This document shows, one piece after another, positions 18,024 to 25,534 of a stretch of 33,761 nt of DNA (positions within the stretch are counted from its first letter, which is position 1; each line of letters starts with the position of its first letter). The notes beneath the pieces were generated by a model. That model saw only the letters and a list, made by a program, of their open reading frames with translations, ran no database searches and had not been told where the DNA came from. The stretch is taken from assembly GCA_000994815.1 (NCBI GenBank), contig LCJU01000004.1, forward strand, positions 1 through 33,761, given 5' to 3'. Source of the stretch: a candidate division WWE3 bacterium GW2011_GWC2_44_9 (GTDB lineage: Bacteria > Patescibacteriota > WWE3 > UBA101185 > UBA10185). A program made the position numbers and the translations under genes.

Positions 18024-20496
18024 GTTTATCTTTTTAGGCGCGCCAAAGAAGCTTTTTATCATCGGTAAAAGACTTATTGCGCTCACCAACTATGAGCTCT
18101 CGTTCACGCTCAATTTGAGGCTAATCTTAATCCCGCTTTTCGGCGATTATACTAGGGTTGGCAGGGCAATTGGTGTTGTTGTTAGGCTGCTTTGTATCTT
18201 ATCTGGGTTGGTTGCTTTAGCCTTGCTTTCCCTCGTTGTCTTTCTTTTACCGATTCTTTGGTACTTTGCGCTTTTTGGTCTGATCTACGGTTTGGGGGGA
18301 TTTTCGCTTGCGGTCGGTTTAGTTTTTTTTGGCATGTGGTATCTGTCAGTCAAAAACAAACCCTTTGCTTCAGGCCAGCCCCGGCCATATGTGGCCGATC
18401 TTTTTAGAGATTTGGCTATTAGGGGCAATATTCAACTTAAGGACTTTTTGGCAAGCCCGCATGTGTTGGAAATGTGCGTACGGCTTGAGCTTTCTGGATC
18501 GGAGTTTCCGCTTGCCATCTTGAACAGTTTATCGTATCAGCAGGTGGTGGCCTCACACAAGGCTTGGGAAAGTAAAGCATACGGCTACATGCAGGATTTT
18601 GGCAATTTGTATGTGGAGCCCGAGCATGTCTTTTTGGCGATAGTATCAAGTTTATCTGGTGTAGACAGGCTGCTAAGCAAGTACGGCTTAGCTAAGAGGG
18701 ATGAAAAAGCTACAGCCCATGTGTGGCAGGCATATTACAAACTACCGGCAATGGGCGGCATCGGTAAGGGTTCTACCGGCAGAGTAACTCCTGGTTTGGA
18801 CCAGGTTTCTACCGATTATACCCGACTGGTTAAAGAGGGTTTGGTAGAAAGAACTTACTGGCGTAAGGACGAAATAAAACGGGTGGCGGACTTGCTAGGT
18901 GGGTCTAACAGGAATGTGCTGGTTGTGGGTCCACCCGGGTGCGGCAAGACGGGCATTATCAAAGGTATCGCTTACAGCGTAATCAAGGGTACGGAATATG
19001 ACCACCTAAAGTTTAAACGCATTGTGAGTTTAGAAGTCGGTAAAATTCTGGCGGGGACAAAGGGCGGTGGTGATGTTGCAGACAAACTCAAAAAAGCGTT
19101 GGAAGATGCCTTAGGTTCCGGCGATGTTATTTTATTTGTTGACGATATCCATACTTTGGTGGCAGGGTCATCAGCTGAAGATAGTCGCACGAGTATAGCT
19201 TACACCACACTGGTTAACTATCTCTCAAACGGTCGGTTGCAGTTTATTGGAGCTACCAATGTGGAGAATTACCGTAAGTACATTGAGCCAAACGGGTCGT
19301 TTGCCCAGATGTTTCAGGTTGTTGAGGTTCCGGCCTCTTCCAAGCCCGAAACGCTGGAAATTATTAAAACCAAAGCCCGAAACTCGGAAGAGGAATTTAA
19401 GGTTTTTGTAACTTTTTGCGCTCTCCGTAAAATTGTGGAACTTGGAGATAAACTCATTCACGAAAGGGTGTTTCCCGACAAAGCGGTGGACATACTAAAT
19501 CGGTGCGTTGCCAAGGTGCATAAGGATTCGCGCATTGTTAACACTAGTGTGGTTTTGGAGGTACTGTCCGAAGTTACACACATTCCGGTGACGGCTGTTT
19601 CGCAGGAGGAGTCACAGAAATTACTAAATATTGAAGCAGAAATGAAAAAGCGGGTGATTGGTCAGGATGAGGCGGTTGCCATGGTTGGATCGGCGCTAAA
19701 AAGGGCGCGGGCCGGGATACGAAACGAGAGCAAACCTATCGCCAGCTTTTTGTTTGTGGGGACAACTGGAGTAGGCAAAACAGAAACCGCTAAGGCCTTG
19801 GCCCGATGCTACTTTGGCGACGAAAAACTCATGATTCGACTGGATATGAGCGAGTATCAGCAAAAAGATAGCTTATCGCGGCTGCTAGGTGATCCAAACG
19901 GGTCATCAAAGGGCATTCTAATTGAGGCGGTGAGAACCAGGCCGTTCTCGTTGATCCTTTTGGACGAAATCGAGAAGGCGCATCAGGATATTTTATTGAC
20001 TTTTTTGCAGGTGCTGGATGATGGTAGGTTAACCGATTCTTCAGGCTTTACGGCAAACTTTACCAATACGATACTAATTGCTACTAGCAACGTTGGTACC
20101 AGGTCAATTCAGGCAATTTTTGCCAGAAACGGAACTTTTGAAGAGATGAAGGATACGGTTATAAGGGAAGTTAGGGAAAAGTTTGCGCCGGAGTTTCTAA
20201 ATAGATTTACTGGGATTGTTGTGTACAAGCCGTTAAATATGGAATCAGTGCGAAGGATTACGGATATTATGTTGGGCAGCGTGCGAAAGATGGCCGACGA
20301 TAAGGGTATCAAGCTTAGCTTTAAGCCGGAGCTTGTTGAGGAGCTGCTTAAGCGAGGTTATTCGCCAGAATGGGGTGCGCGGCCTATGGCTAGGGTTATT
20401 GAAGAAACGGTTATGAATTATCTATCCATCAAGATCCTTTCCCACGAGGTTGTCCGCGGCGATGCTATTGAGCTTGGGGCAGAGGTTTTTCGTTAA
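17980..20496 (+). CDS. Membrane-anchored class-I (two-ring) Clp/Hsp100 AAA+ ATPase; ClpA-like linker, no M-domain, no ClpP-docking tripeptide
   Basis: D1 has Walker A VVGPPGCGKTG and Walker B ILFVDDIH. D2 has Walker A FLFVGTTGVGKTE, Walker B LILLDEIEKAH, LQVLDDGRLTD and sensor-2 GARP. A Clp_N-like segment reads EHVFLAIVSSLSGVDRLLSKYGL. A ~60-aa hydrophobic stretch covers aa 63-122. The start is uncertain because it overlaps the peptidase ORF by 44 nt. Confidence 0.85.
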   Translation: MTIPVRPQHITRFIEFIFLGAPKKLFIIGKRLIALTNYELSFTLNLRLILIPLFGDYTRVGRAIGVVVRLLCILSGLVALALLSLVVFLLPILWYFALFGLIYGLGGFSLAVGLVFFGMWYLSVKNKPFASGQPRPYVADLFRDLAIRGNIQLKDFLASPHVLEMCVRLELSGSEFPLAILNSLSYQQVVASHKAWESKAYGYMQDFGNLYVEPEHVFLAIVSSLSGVDRLLSKYGLAKRDEKATAHVWQAYYKLPAMGGIGKGSTGRVTPGLDQVSTDYTRLVKEGLVERTYWRKDEIKRVADLLGGSNRNVLVVGPPGCGKTGIIKGIAYSVIKGTEYDHLKFKRIVSLEVGKILAGTKGGGDVADKLKKALEDALGSGDVILFVDDIHTLVAGSSAEDSRTSIAYTTLVNYLSNGRLQFIGATNVENYRKYIEPNGSFAQMFQVVEVPASSKPETLEIIKTKARNSEEEFKVFVTFCALRKIVELGDKLIHERVFPDKAVDILNRCVAKVHKDSRIVNTSVVLEVLSEVTHIPVTAVSQEESQKLLNIEAEMKKRVIGQDEAVAMVGSALKRARAGIRNESKPIASFLFVGTTGVGKTETAKALARCYFGDEKLMIRLDMSEYQQKDSLSRLLGDPNGSSKGILIEAVRTRPFSLILLDEIEKAHQDILLTFLQVLDDGRLTDSSGFTANFTNTILIATSNVGTRSIQAIFARNGTFEEMKDTVIREVREKFAPEFLNRFTGIVVYKPLNMESVRRITDIMLGSVRKMADDKGIKLSFKPELVEELLKRGYSPEWGARPMARVIEETVMNYLSIKILSHEVVRGDAIELGAEVFR

Positions 20497-21013
20497 AAGG
20501 TTTTTTTTGCCAAAATAGTCCCTGTTGAGCGGGCACTTTGTCCACTTGCTTTCTTAGTTTTTGGTAGGCTGTCCAGCGACCCATGCGGGCAAAAAGTTCC
20601 AATTCGAGGCTAATCTTAGTTACCGGGATACTAAGGGTTCCTATTTGTACATGCGTGATAGAGTCGGCATCTGCGACGTACATCTTGCTCCAAGTTTGCT
20701 TAGCATCAAGTATTTGCCAATCGCCCATGATTTCTACGCCTATACCTTCAATAAGAAATTTACCGTAGTACGATTTAAACTTCGCTGACTCCTTATAGTC
20801 AACCTTTTCCACCAAGTAGCCAGCTAGTTTAGTGTTTGTTAAAAGAGCGGTTTCCTTGTCGCACAAAATGTCTATGTCATCAACGTTCATGTCCAATCCC
20901 TGCAGGACCAAACTCGCCGTTCCCCTAACGGCGTACTCACAACCGGCCAGATGTTGGGCAATGATACTAACTACACTATTTAGCTCATCTTTGGTTATAT
21001 TCGTACCCTTATT
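20465..21013 (-). CDS. Nucleotidyltransferase-fold protein (Pol-beta superfamily, Lnu/ANT-like); no canonical start codon upstream of the catalytic motif
   Basis: The open frame reads NKGTNITKDELNSVVSIIAQHLAGCEYAVRGTASLVLQGLDMNVDDIDILCDKE..., i.e. the hG[ST]...DhDh NTase signature. The only ATG/GTG/TTG start in frame is TTG at 20911 (track ORF 20465..20911), which lies downstream of the G[ST] motif. The 3' end overlaps the convergent Hsp100 gene by 32 nt. Confidence 0.6.
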   Translation of the reverse strand, partial: NKGTNITKDELNSVVSIIAQHLAGCEYAVRGTASLVLQGLDMNVDDIDILCDKETALLTNTKLAGYLVEKVDYKESAKFKSYYGKFLIEGIGVEIMGDWQILDAKQTWSKMYVADADSITHVQIGTLSIPVTKISLELELFARMGRWTAYQKLRKQVDKVPAQQGLFWQKKPFNEKPLPQAQ

Positions 21014-21244
21014 TTAGCGGATAGTCGTATTAGTGCGAATTCCGAGGTTTGGCAAGCTGAATTAGCGCTAATTTAGCCGTTCGGACAGCGCAATTAACAT
21101 ATTTAGTATCATGCGGTTGAGAGTGGGGCCGTATTTATTGTGACGACTATAAATACTATAGTAACGGCAAATGCAGAAGATTCGCTTTGAAAAACACCAC
21201 CTAGTAAACCTTCTGAAGTATATCTTTATAATTCGAACGTAAAA

Positions 21245-21297
21245 CTACCGGTGTAAACTGGTAGATATAAGCTGGTGGTTGTTGATTACACCAGTAG
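21245..21297 (-). terminator. Terminator-like hairpin after the DUF6624-like gene
   Basis: Minus-strand RNA: CUACUGGUGUAA, 29-nt loop, UUACACCGGUAG, then UUUU. The stem is 12 bp with one G:U pair and starts 18 nt after the stop. The loop is atypically long. Confidence 0.3.
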
Positions 21298-21314
21298 ATA
21301 TATAGGTGAAGCAG

Positions 21315-21857
21315 CTACTTGGGTTTGCCCTTTATAAAATTATTAAATGTCTCTTCGGACACCTTAATATAATCGGCTAACGGGGGCAAGCCATATTTCT
21401 GCCTTCTTTTGTCAACATTTTTATCATCCTCTATTGGCAATGGTTTTGTAACAAATTTGCCTTTCTTATCTTTTTTAGTTGTAACAACCGTACCAAAGCA
21501 TTGTTTTTTACCTTTAAACAACAGAATTCTATCCTTTAGAATAGCAAGGTCGGTTTTATTGTAGTCTACTCTCCTAAATTCGGGGGTATTTGATAGTGTG
21601 CTTACATAGCTCATATCGGAGGTGTGGATAAGGAGCACTATAAAGTATCTGGCAGCTTCTACTCCAACATTTTCAGGTGTAGGTAATCCAAATTTGTCTA
21701 CTAAAGCTTTTATAACGTCGGTGGAGATGTGGTCGAATTTTTGCATTAAAGTTTCGCTAAAGATTTTGTTTTTTCGTAACCCCTGGTCCACGGCGATAAG
21801 GTTACTGAGTAATGTTGCAATGTTATTATCCATATTGCACTGCAAAATATAACACAC
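21315..21857 (-). CDS. Hypothetical protein, DUF6624-like
   Basis: ...ARYFIVLLIHTSD...LAILKDRILLFKGKKQCFGTVV...PLPIEDDKNVDKRRQKYGLPPLADYI matches my recollection of the DUF6624 pattern (..QH.D...EDRV....GK.Q.YG.....P.ed..nVDkRR...GL.PL.eY). ATG 21833 (MDNNIATLL) is an alternative start. Confidence 0.5.
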   Translation of the reverse strand: MCYILQCNMDNNIATLLSNLIAVDQGLRKNKIFSETLMQKFDHISTDVIKALVDKFGLPTPENVGVEAARYFIVLLIHTSDMSYVSTLSNTPEFRRVDYNKTDLAILKDRILLFKGKKQCFGTVVTTKKDKKGKFVTKPLPIEDDKNVDKRRQKYGLPPLADYIKVSEETFNNFIKGKPK

Positions 21858-21912
21858 ATTGCTACGCCACGGATATAGGCTTGATCTGCCGATCTGCAGC
21901 GTAGCAACATAA

Positions 21913-22464
21913 CTAGCAAGATAACACTTCCGCTATTACTTTGCTGATTTCGTAGCCGCACCCTCTTTGGACAAACAACCACGCCCCGCATGGATTGCTT
22001 TCGAGAAAATAGTATGTACCGTCTTTAGCTAGGATGAAGTCCATTGCGCTGAACCTCAGACCAAAGCCTTTGACTAGCTCCACACACTTCCAAGATAGAT
22101 CTGCGGGTAGCTCGTGCTTTTTAAACACCAGCTCGCCTGCTGGCCCATAACGATAGTCGACATCACCAGCCTTACTTCCGATTTGTTGGATTGACATTGA
22201 GAACACCTTATCCTCAAGAACAACCGTTCTTATGTCAAACGCCCTTTCTATCTCCTCCTGAAATATCGCGGGTGAGCTAGCAAGGAGAGTTAGATCGATA
22301 CTTGAAGCGGGGGATATTCTACTGGTAAATACCGCTCTTACCTTGTTCCCATCCTTCACGATGTGTTTTGCCAGCGGTTTCACTACCATATTTCCCCGCA
22401 ATTTGGCGCGAAATTCTTCTACTTCTGTTGCATCGGAAGTTACCAATGTCTGCGGTATGACCAT
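21913..22464 (-). CDS. ATP-grasp enzyme fragment (RimK / MvdD-graspetide-maturase-like) lacking the N-terminal domain
   Basis: GMVIPQTLVTSD...MVVKPL...PAIFQEEIERAFDIRTVVLEDKVF...DVDYRY...LPADLSWKCVELVKGFGLRFSAMDFILAKDGTYYFLESNPCGAWLF covers the central and C-terminal ATP-grasp subdomains. Only 183 aa. The frame is closed by a stop at 22549-22551. Confidence 0.65.
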   Translation of the reverse strand: MVIPQTLVTSDATEVEEFRAKLRGNMVVKPLAKHIVKDGNKVRAVFTSRISPASSIDLTLLASSPAIFQEEIERAFDIRTVVLEDKVFSMSIQQIGSKAGDVDYRYGPAGELVFKKHELPADLSWKCVELVKGFGLRFSAMDFILAKDGTYYFLESNPCGAWLFVQRGCGYEISKVIAEVLSC

Positions 22465-22602
22465 ACCCAGACTACTGGCAACCTCGAGTTGAAGTTGCTT
22501 ATTTGATATGAGATTAGGATTATTTCCAAACTGGGCTTGTTGATTAGATCAAATAGTCCCACACAAATGACTACCCCAGTATTTTTTGGTACAGTAAGCC
22601 CT

Positions 22603-23604
22603 ATGGAAGAACTAAAAACGCGGCTTACAGAACTTAGAAAAAAGCTAAATATTGAGCACAAGAGGGACGAAATTTCCGAGCTTAAAGTCAAAATGCAGGA
22701 CGACTCCGTGTGGCAAAACTGGGAAGAAGGCCAAAAACTTGCCAAACAGCTCGCCGAGCTCCAAAAAGAGGTCGATGATTTTGACATGCTCGAACTTATC
22801 GCGCAGGACCAAAAGCCCGAGGAGTTTGAACAGGCTTTGTGGGAAGTGGAGAAAAAAACCTATCTCTCAGAGCCACACGATCGGAGTGGGGCGATTTTGA
22901 CCGTCCATGCCGGTCAGGGTGGTACAGAGGCTATGGACTGGGCGGAGATGCTTTACCGTATGTACACGCGGTTTTGCGACAGAAAAAACTGGAATCATGC
23001 AATTCTCTCTTTTACCCCTGGCGATGAAGCTGGGTACAAGTCTATTTGTATTGAAGTATTGGGCACTTACGCTTATGGTTTCTTAAAACACGAATCGGGG
23101 GTGCACAGGCTGGTTAGGCAGTCGCCCTTTAACGCCAACGATCTTAGGCAGACCTCCTTTGCTTTAGTGGAAGTAATCCCTCTAGTAGATGATTCCATAG
23201 AGATAGAACTAAAAGATGACGACATTGAATTTGAGGCCTTTAGAAGTGGCGGCCACGGTGGACAAAACGTTAACAAAGTTTCCACAGCCGTTAGAATAAA
23301 ACACAAGCCCACGGGTATCATAGTAGAAAATCAAACCGAAAGATATCAAGGCAAAAATCGTGAAAAAGCCATGCAAGTGTTAAAGTCAAAATTATACGCG
23401 CTGGAACTAGAAAGAAAGGACGCCGAAAAAAGAAAACTTAAGGGCGACTATAAAGTACCCGGCTGGGGCAACCAAATTCGCAACTATATACTGCACCCTT
23501 ATAAATTGGTTAAGGACTTAAGAACGGACTTTGAGTCCACTAATCCGGAAAAAGTGCTAGATGGCGAACTCGACGAATTTATCGACGCCGAATTAAAGCT
23601 CTAG
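22603..23604 (+). CDS. prfB: Peptide chain release factor 2, single uninterrupted frame
   Basis: SPF tripeptide (VRQSPFNAN) and GGQ ([13 protein letters not shown]). [15 protein letters not shown]... from ATG 22603 matches the RF N-terminus. The track start at 22537 is probably over-extended. Confidence 0.93.
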   Translation: MEELKTRLTELRKKLNIEHKRDEISELKVKMQDDSVWQNWEEGQKLAKQLAELQKEVDDFDMLELIAQDQKPEEFEQALWEVEKKTYLSEPHDRSGAILTVHAGQGGTEAMDWAEMLYRMYTRFCDRKNWNHAILSFTPGDEAGYKSICIEVLGTYAYGFLKHESGVHRLVRQSPFNANDLRQTSFALVEVIPLVDDSIEIELKDDDIEFEAFRSGGHGGQNVNKVSTAVRIKHKPTGIIVENQTERYQGKNREKAMQVLKSKLYALELERKDAEKRKLKGDYKVPGWGNQIRNYILHPYKLVKDLRTDFESTNPEKVLDGELDEFIDAELKL

Positions 23605-23615
23605 GAGTAAAACTC

Positions 23616-23643
23616 TAGACAATTTTTGTACTCAATATATAAT
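23616..23643 (+). promoter_or_regulatory. Candidate promoter giving a (near-)leaderless transcript of the DUF3048 gene
   Basis: TAGACA (23616-23621), 16-nt spacer, TATAAT (23638-23643). ATG 23652 lies only 8 nt after the -10 box and there is no SD. Confidence 0.3.
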
Positions 23644-23651
23644 AGCTGCAT

Positions 23652-24872
23652 ATGGAAGATGCGAGCGTGAATTTTGTAAATCCTCAAGAGCTGCAGCAAG
23701 TTACTCAAACGGGTAAAGTAGGCAGGTTTAGTAGCCTGGATAAAAAATATGTTATTGCTGGTGTTTGTGTTGGACTTGTAGTTGTGGCATCCGTTTTAAT
23801 ATTGACTCGGTTGGAAAGTTCAAAATTGTGGAACGAGCGCAACTCCATTTTTGGCCAGTTGGCAAAAACCAATCCGGGTGATGAAACTAAGGAGTCTGAA
23901 AAAAACATTGTGAACGCGCTTACTGGGGTTGAGTACACCGAAGAAGAATCCAAGGACTGGAAGGATCTAAGACCACTGGGTGTAATGATCAATAACCACC
24001 AGGATGCCAGACCCCAAGCGGGGTTAATAGACGCAGAGTTTACTTATGAAATAGTGGCTGAAGGCGGTATAACCAGGTTTTTGGCTTTTTATCAATCCGT
24101 ACTGCCGGAAAAAATTGGCCCTATCAGAAGCGCTCGGGAGTATTACCTAGTGCTGGCAAAAGAAATGGGCGATGCAATGTTGATGCACCACGGCTACTCA
24201 CCTCAAGCTTTAGTGGCTATAGAGACTTGGCCGGTGCGGAGTCTTCAGCGGGGCGCCGCGCCATATTGGCGGGAGAATCCTAGGAATGTTGCAATTGAGC
24301 ATACATTGTATGCCAGTGGTAAGGAAGTGGTAAAAAAGGGCTTAGAGTTAGGCTGGGAGGGAAAATCCGCTAATTTTTACGTGTGGCAGTTTAAAGACGA
24401 TGCAACGGCGTATTCAGCCATGCCGCAGGCAACTACCATCGCCTATGATTTTTGGTATCCCGGGGATTTTTCGGCAGAATGGACTTATGACTCTGCTACT
24501 AATGACTACTTTAGATTTATGGGCTACGACAGCGTCGGCAAGTCGGTGCCACATATTGACGAGACAACAAATCAGCAGCTAAAAGTCAAAAATTTAATCG
24601 TTCAATTCGCTACCGAGACCAAAATTGCTGGTGATGACAAGAATCGCCTGGATTACGAATTTGTTGGTAGCGGCAAAGGCTACGTTTTTATAGATGGTCG
24701 AGTAATTGAAGTTACGTGGAGTAAAGCCGAAAGAGATGCCAGGACCAAGTATTACGACATGAATGGATCCGAAATCAGGTTTAACCGGGGGAAATTTTGG
24801 GTGTCCGTTTTGCCCGATAGAAATCCGGACTTCCTGAAGTTTTCTGCCGAAGCTGCCCCAAAAACTAATTAA
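23652..24872 (+). CDS. DUF3048 (YerB-like) membrane-anchored protein
   Basis: An N-terminal TM (YVIAGVCVGLVVVASVLILT) is followed by LRPLGVMINNHQDARPQAGLIDAEFTYEIVAEGGITRFLAFYQS...IGPIRSAREYY, the DUF3048 signature as I recall it. Confidence 0.75.
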   Translation: MEDASVNFVNPQELQQVTQTGKVGRFSSLDKKYVIAGVCVGLVVVASVLILTRLESSKLWNERNSIFGQLAKTNPGDETKESEKNIVNALTGVEYTEEESKDWKDLRPLGVMINNHQDARPQAGLIDAEFTYEIVAEGGITRFLAFYQSVLPEKIGPIRSAREYYLVLAKEMGDAMLMHHGYSPQALVAIETWPVRSLQRGAAPYWRENPRNVAIEHTLYASGKEVVKKGLELGWEGKSANFYVWQFKDDATAYSAMPQATTIAYDFWYPGDFSAEWTYDSATNDYFRFMGYDSVGKSVPHIDETTNQQLKVKNLIVQFATETKIAGDDKNRLDYEFVGSGKGYVFIDGRVIEVTWSKAERDARTKYYDMNGSEIRFNRGKFWVSVLPDRNPDFLKFSAEAAPKTN

Positions 24873-24907
24873 TTTGGAGCGCCTACCCTGCCAGGCGAAG
24901 GCAAAAA

Positions 24908-25507
24908 ATGCAAGAAAAGCTTTCACTTGAGAAGCTTCTGGTAAGCCAGGTTAGACTAAAAATTCTGCGGACGATGCTCCCCCGACCGTCCGAACAGTTC
25001 CACATTAGGGGTTTGGTGCGGGAAATTGGTACAGAAATAAACGCGGTTAGGCGCGAACTGTCCAATTTGGAGTCAATCGGGCTGTTGGTGAGTAGGAGAA
25101 GCGGTAATAGGGTTTATTACACCTTAAATATCCACTCTACACATTATTCGGAGCTTTTGGGGTTAGTTGCCAAAACGTATGGATTGGGGGCTAATATAAT
25201 TGCCAATTTAAGAAACTTGGGGGACGTCCGCTACGCTGTATTGGCCAAAGCCTTTGCCGGTAAGCGAAGGAAGTCGTCATCTTTAGATGTAGATCTTTTT
25301 GTTGTTGGTAAAGTAAATATCGACATGCTTGAGGATATCGTCAAAAAAGAGCAGGAATTGCGCGGCACGGAAATTAACTATGCAGTAATGGGCGAGGACG
25401 AATTCAATTACGCCAAACGCAAAAATGACCAATTTGTTATTAGGATACTGGTCCAAAGTCGAATAATGCTTATTGGCGATGAGGAAGAGTTCTGTTCACT
25501 AACCTGA
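24908..25507 (+). CDS. ArsR/MarR-like winged-helix protein with a C-terminal minimal-nucleotidyltransferase-like domain
   Basis: wHTH: VRLKILRTML...FHIRGLVREIGTEINAVRRELSNLESIGLLVSRRSGNRVYYTLN. C-terminal part: ...SSSLDVDLFVVGKVNIDMLEDI... Confidence 0.6.
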   Translation: MQEKLSLEKLLVSQVRLKILRTMLPRPSEQFHIRGLVREIGTEINAVRRELSNLESIGLLVSRRSGNRVYYTLNIHSTHYSELLGLVAKTYGLGANIIANLRNLGDVRYAVLAKAFAGKRRKSSSLDVDLFVVGKVNIDMLEDIVKKEQELRGTEINYAVMGEDEFNYAKRKNDQFVIRILVQSRIMLIGDEEEFCSLT

Positions 25508-25534
25508 ATGTGTGCTTGAATAGCTAGTGTTCAT

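Noticed and set aside
21017-21314. Possible tRNA or small RNA in the 298-bp spacer (a TTCGAA motif at about 21232-21237 resembles a T-loop)
   Set aside because: There are no flanking T-stem complements, no acceptor stem, and no D-loop GG or anticodon-arm arrangement. It is more simply read as AT-rich promoter and terminator DNA.
22440-22787. 115-aa Ser-rich minus-strand ORF spanning the prfB 5' region
   Set aside because: It is antisense to prfB and out of frame with the ATP-grasp remnant. Its composition (SSxSS runs) is typical of a shadow ORF.
22537-23604. Programmed +1 frameshift site (CTT TGA C type) expected in many bacterial prfB genes
   Set aside because: The RF2 coding sequence is one uninterrupted frame from MEELK (22603) through SPF and GGQ to the stop. 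There is no early in-frame TGA, so no recoding is needed.
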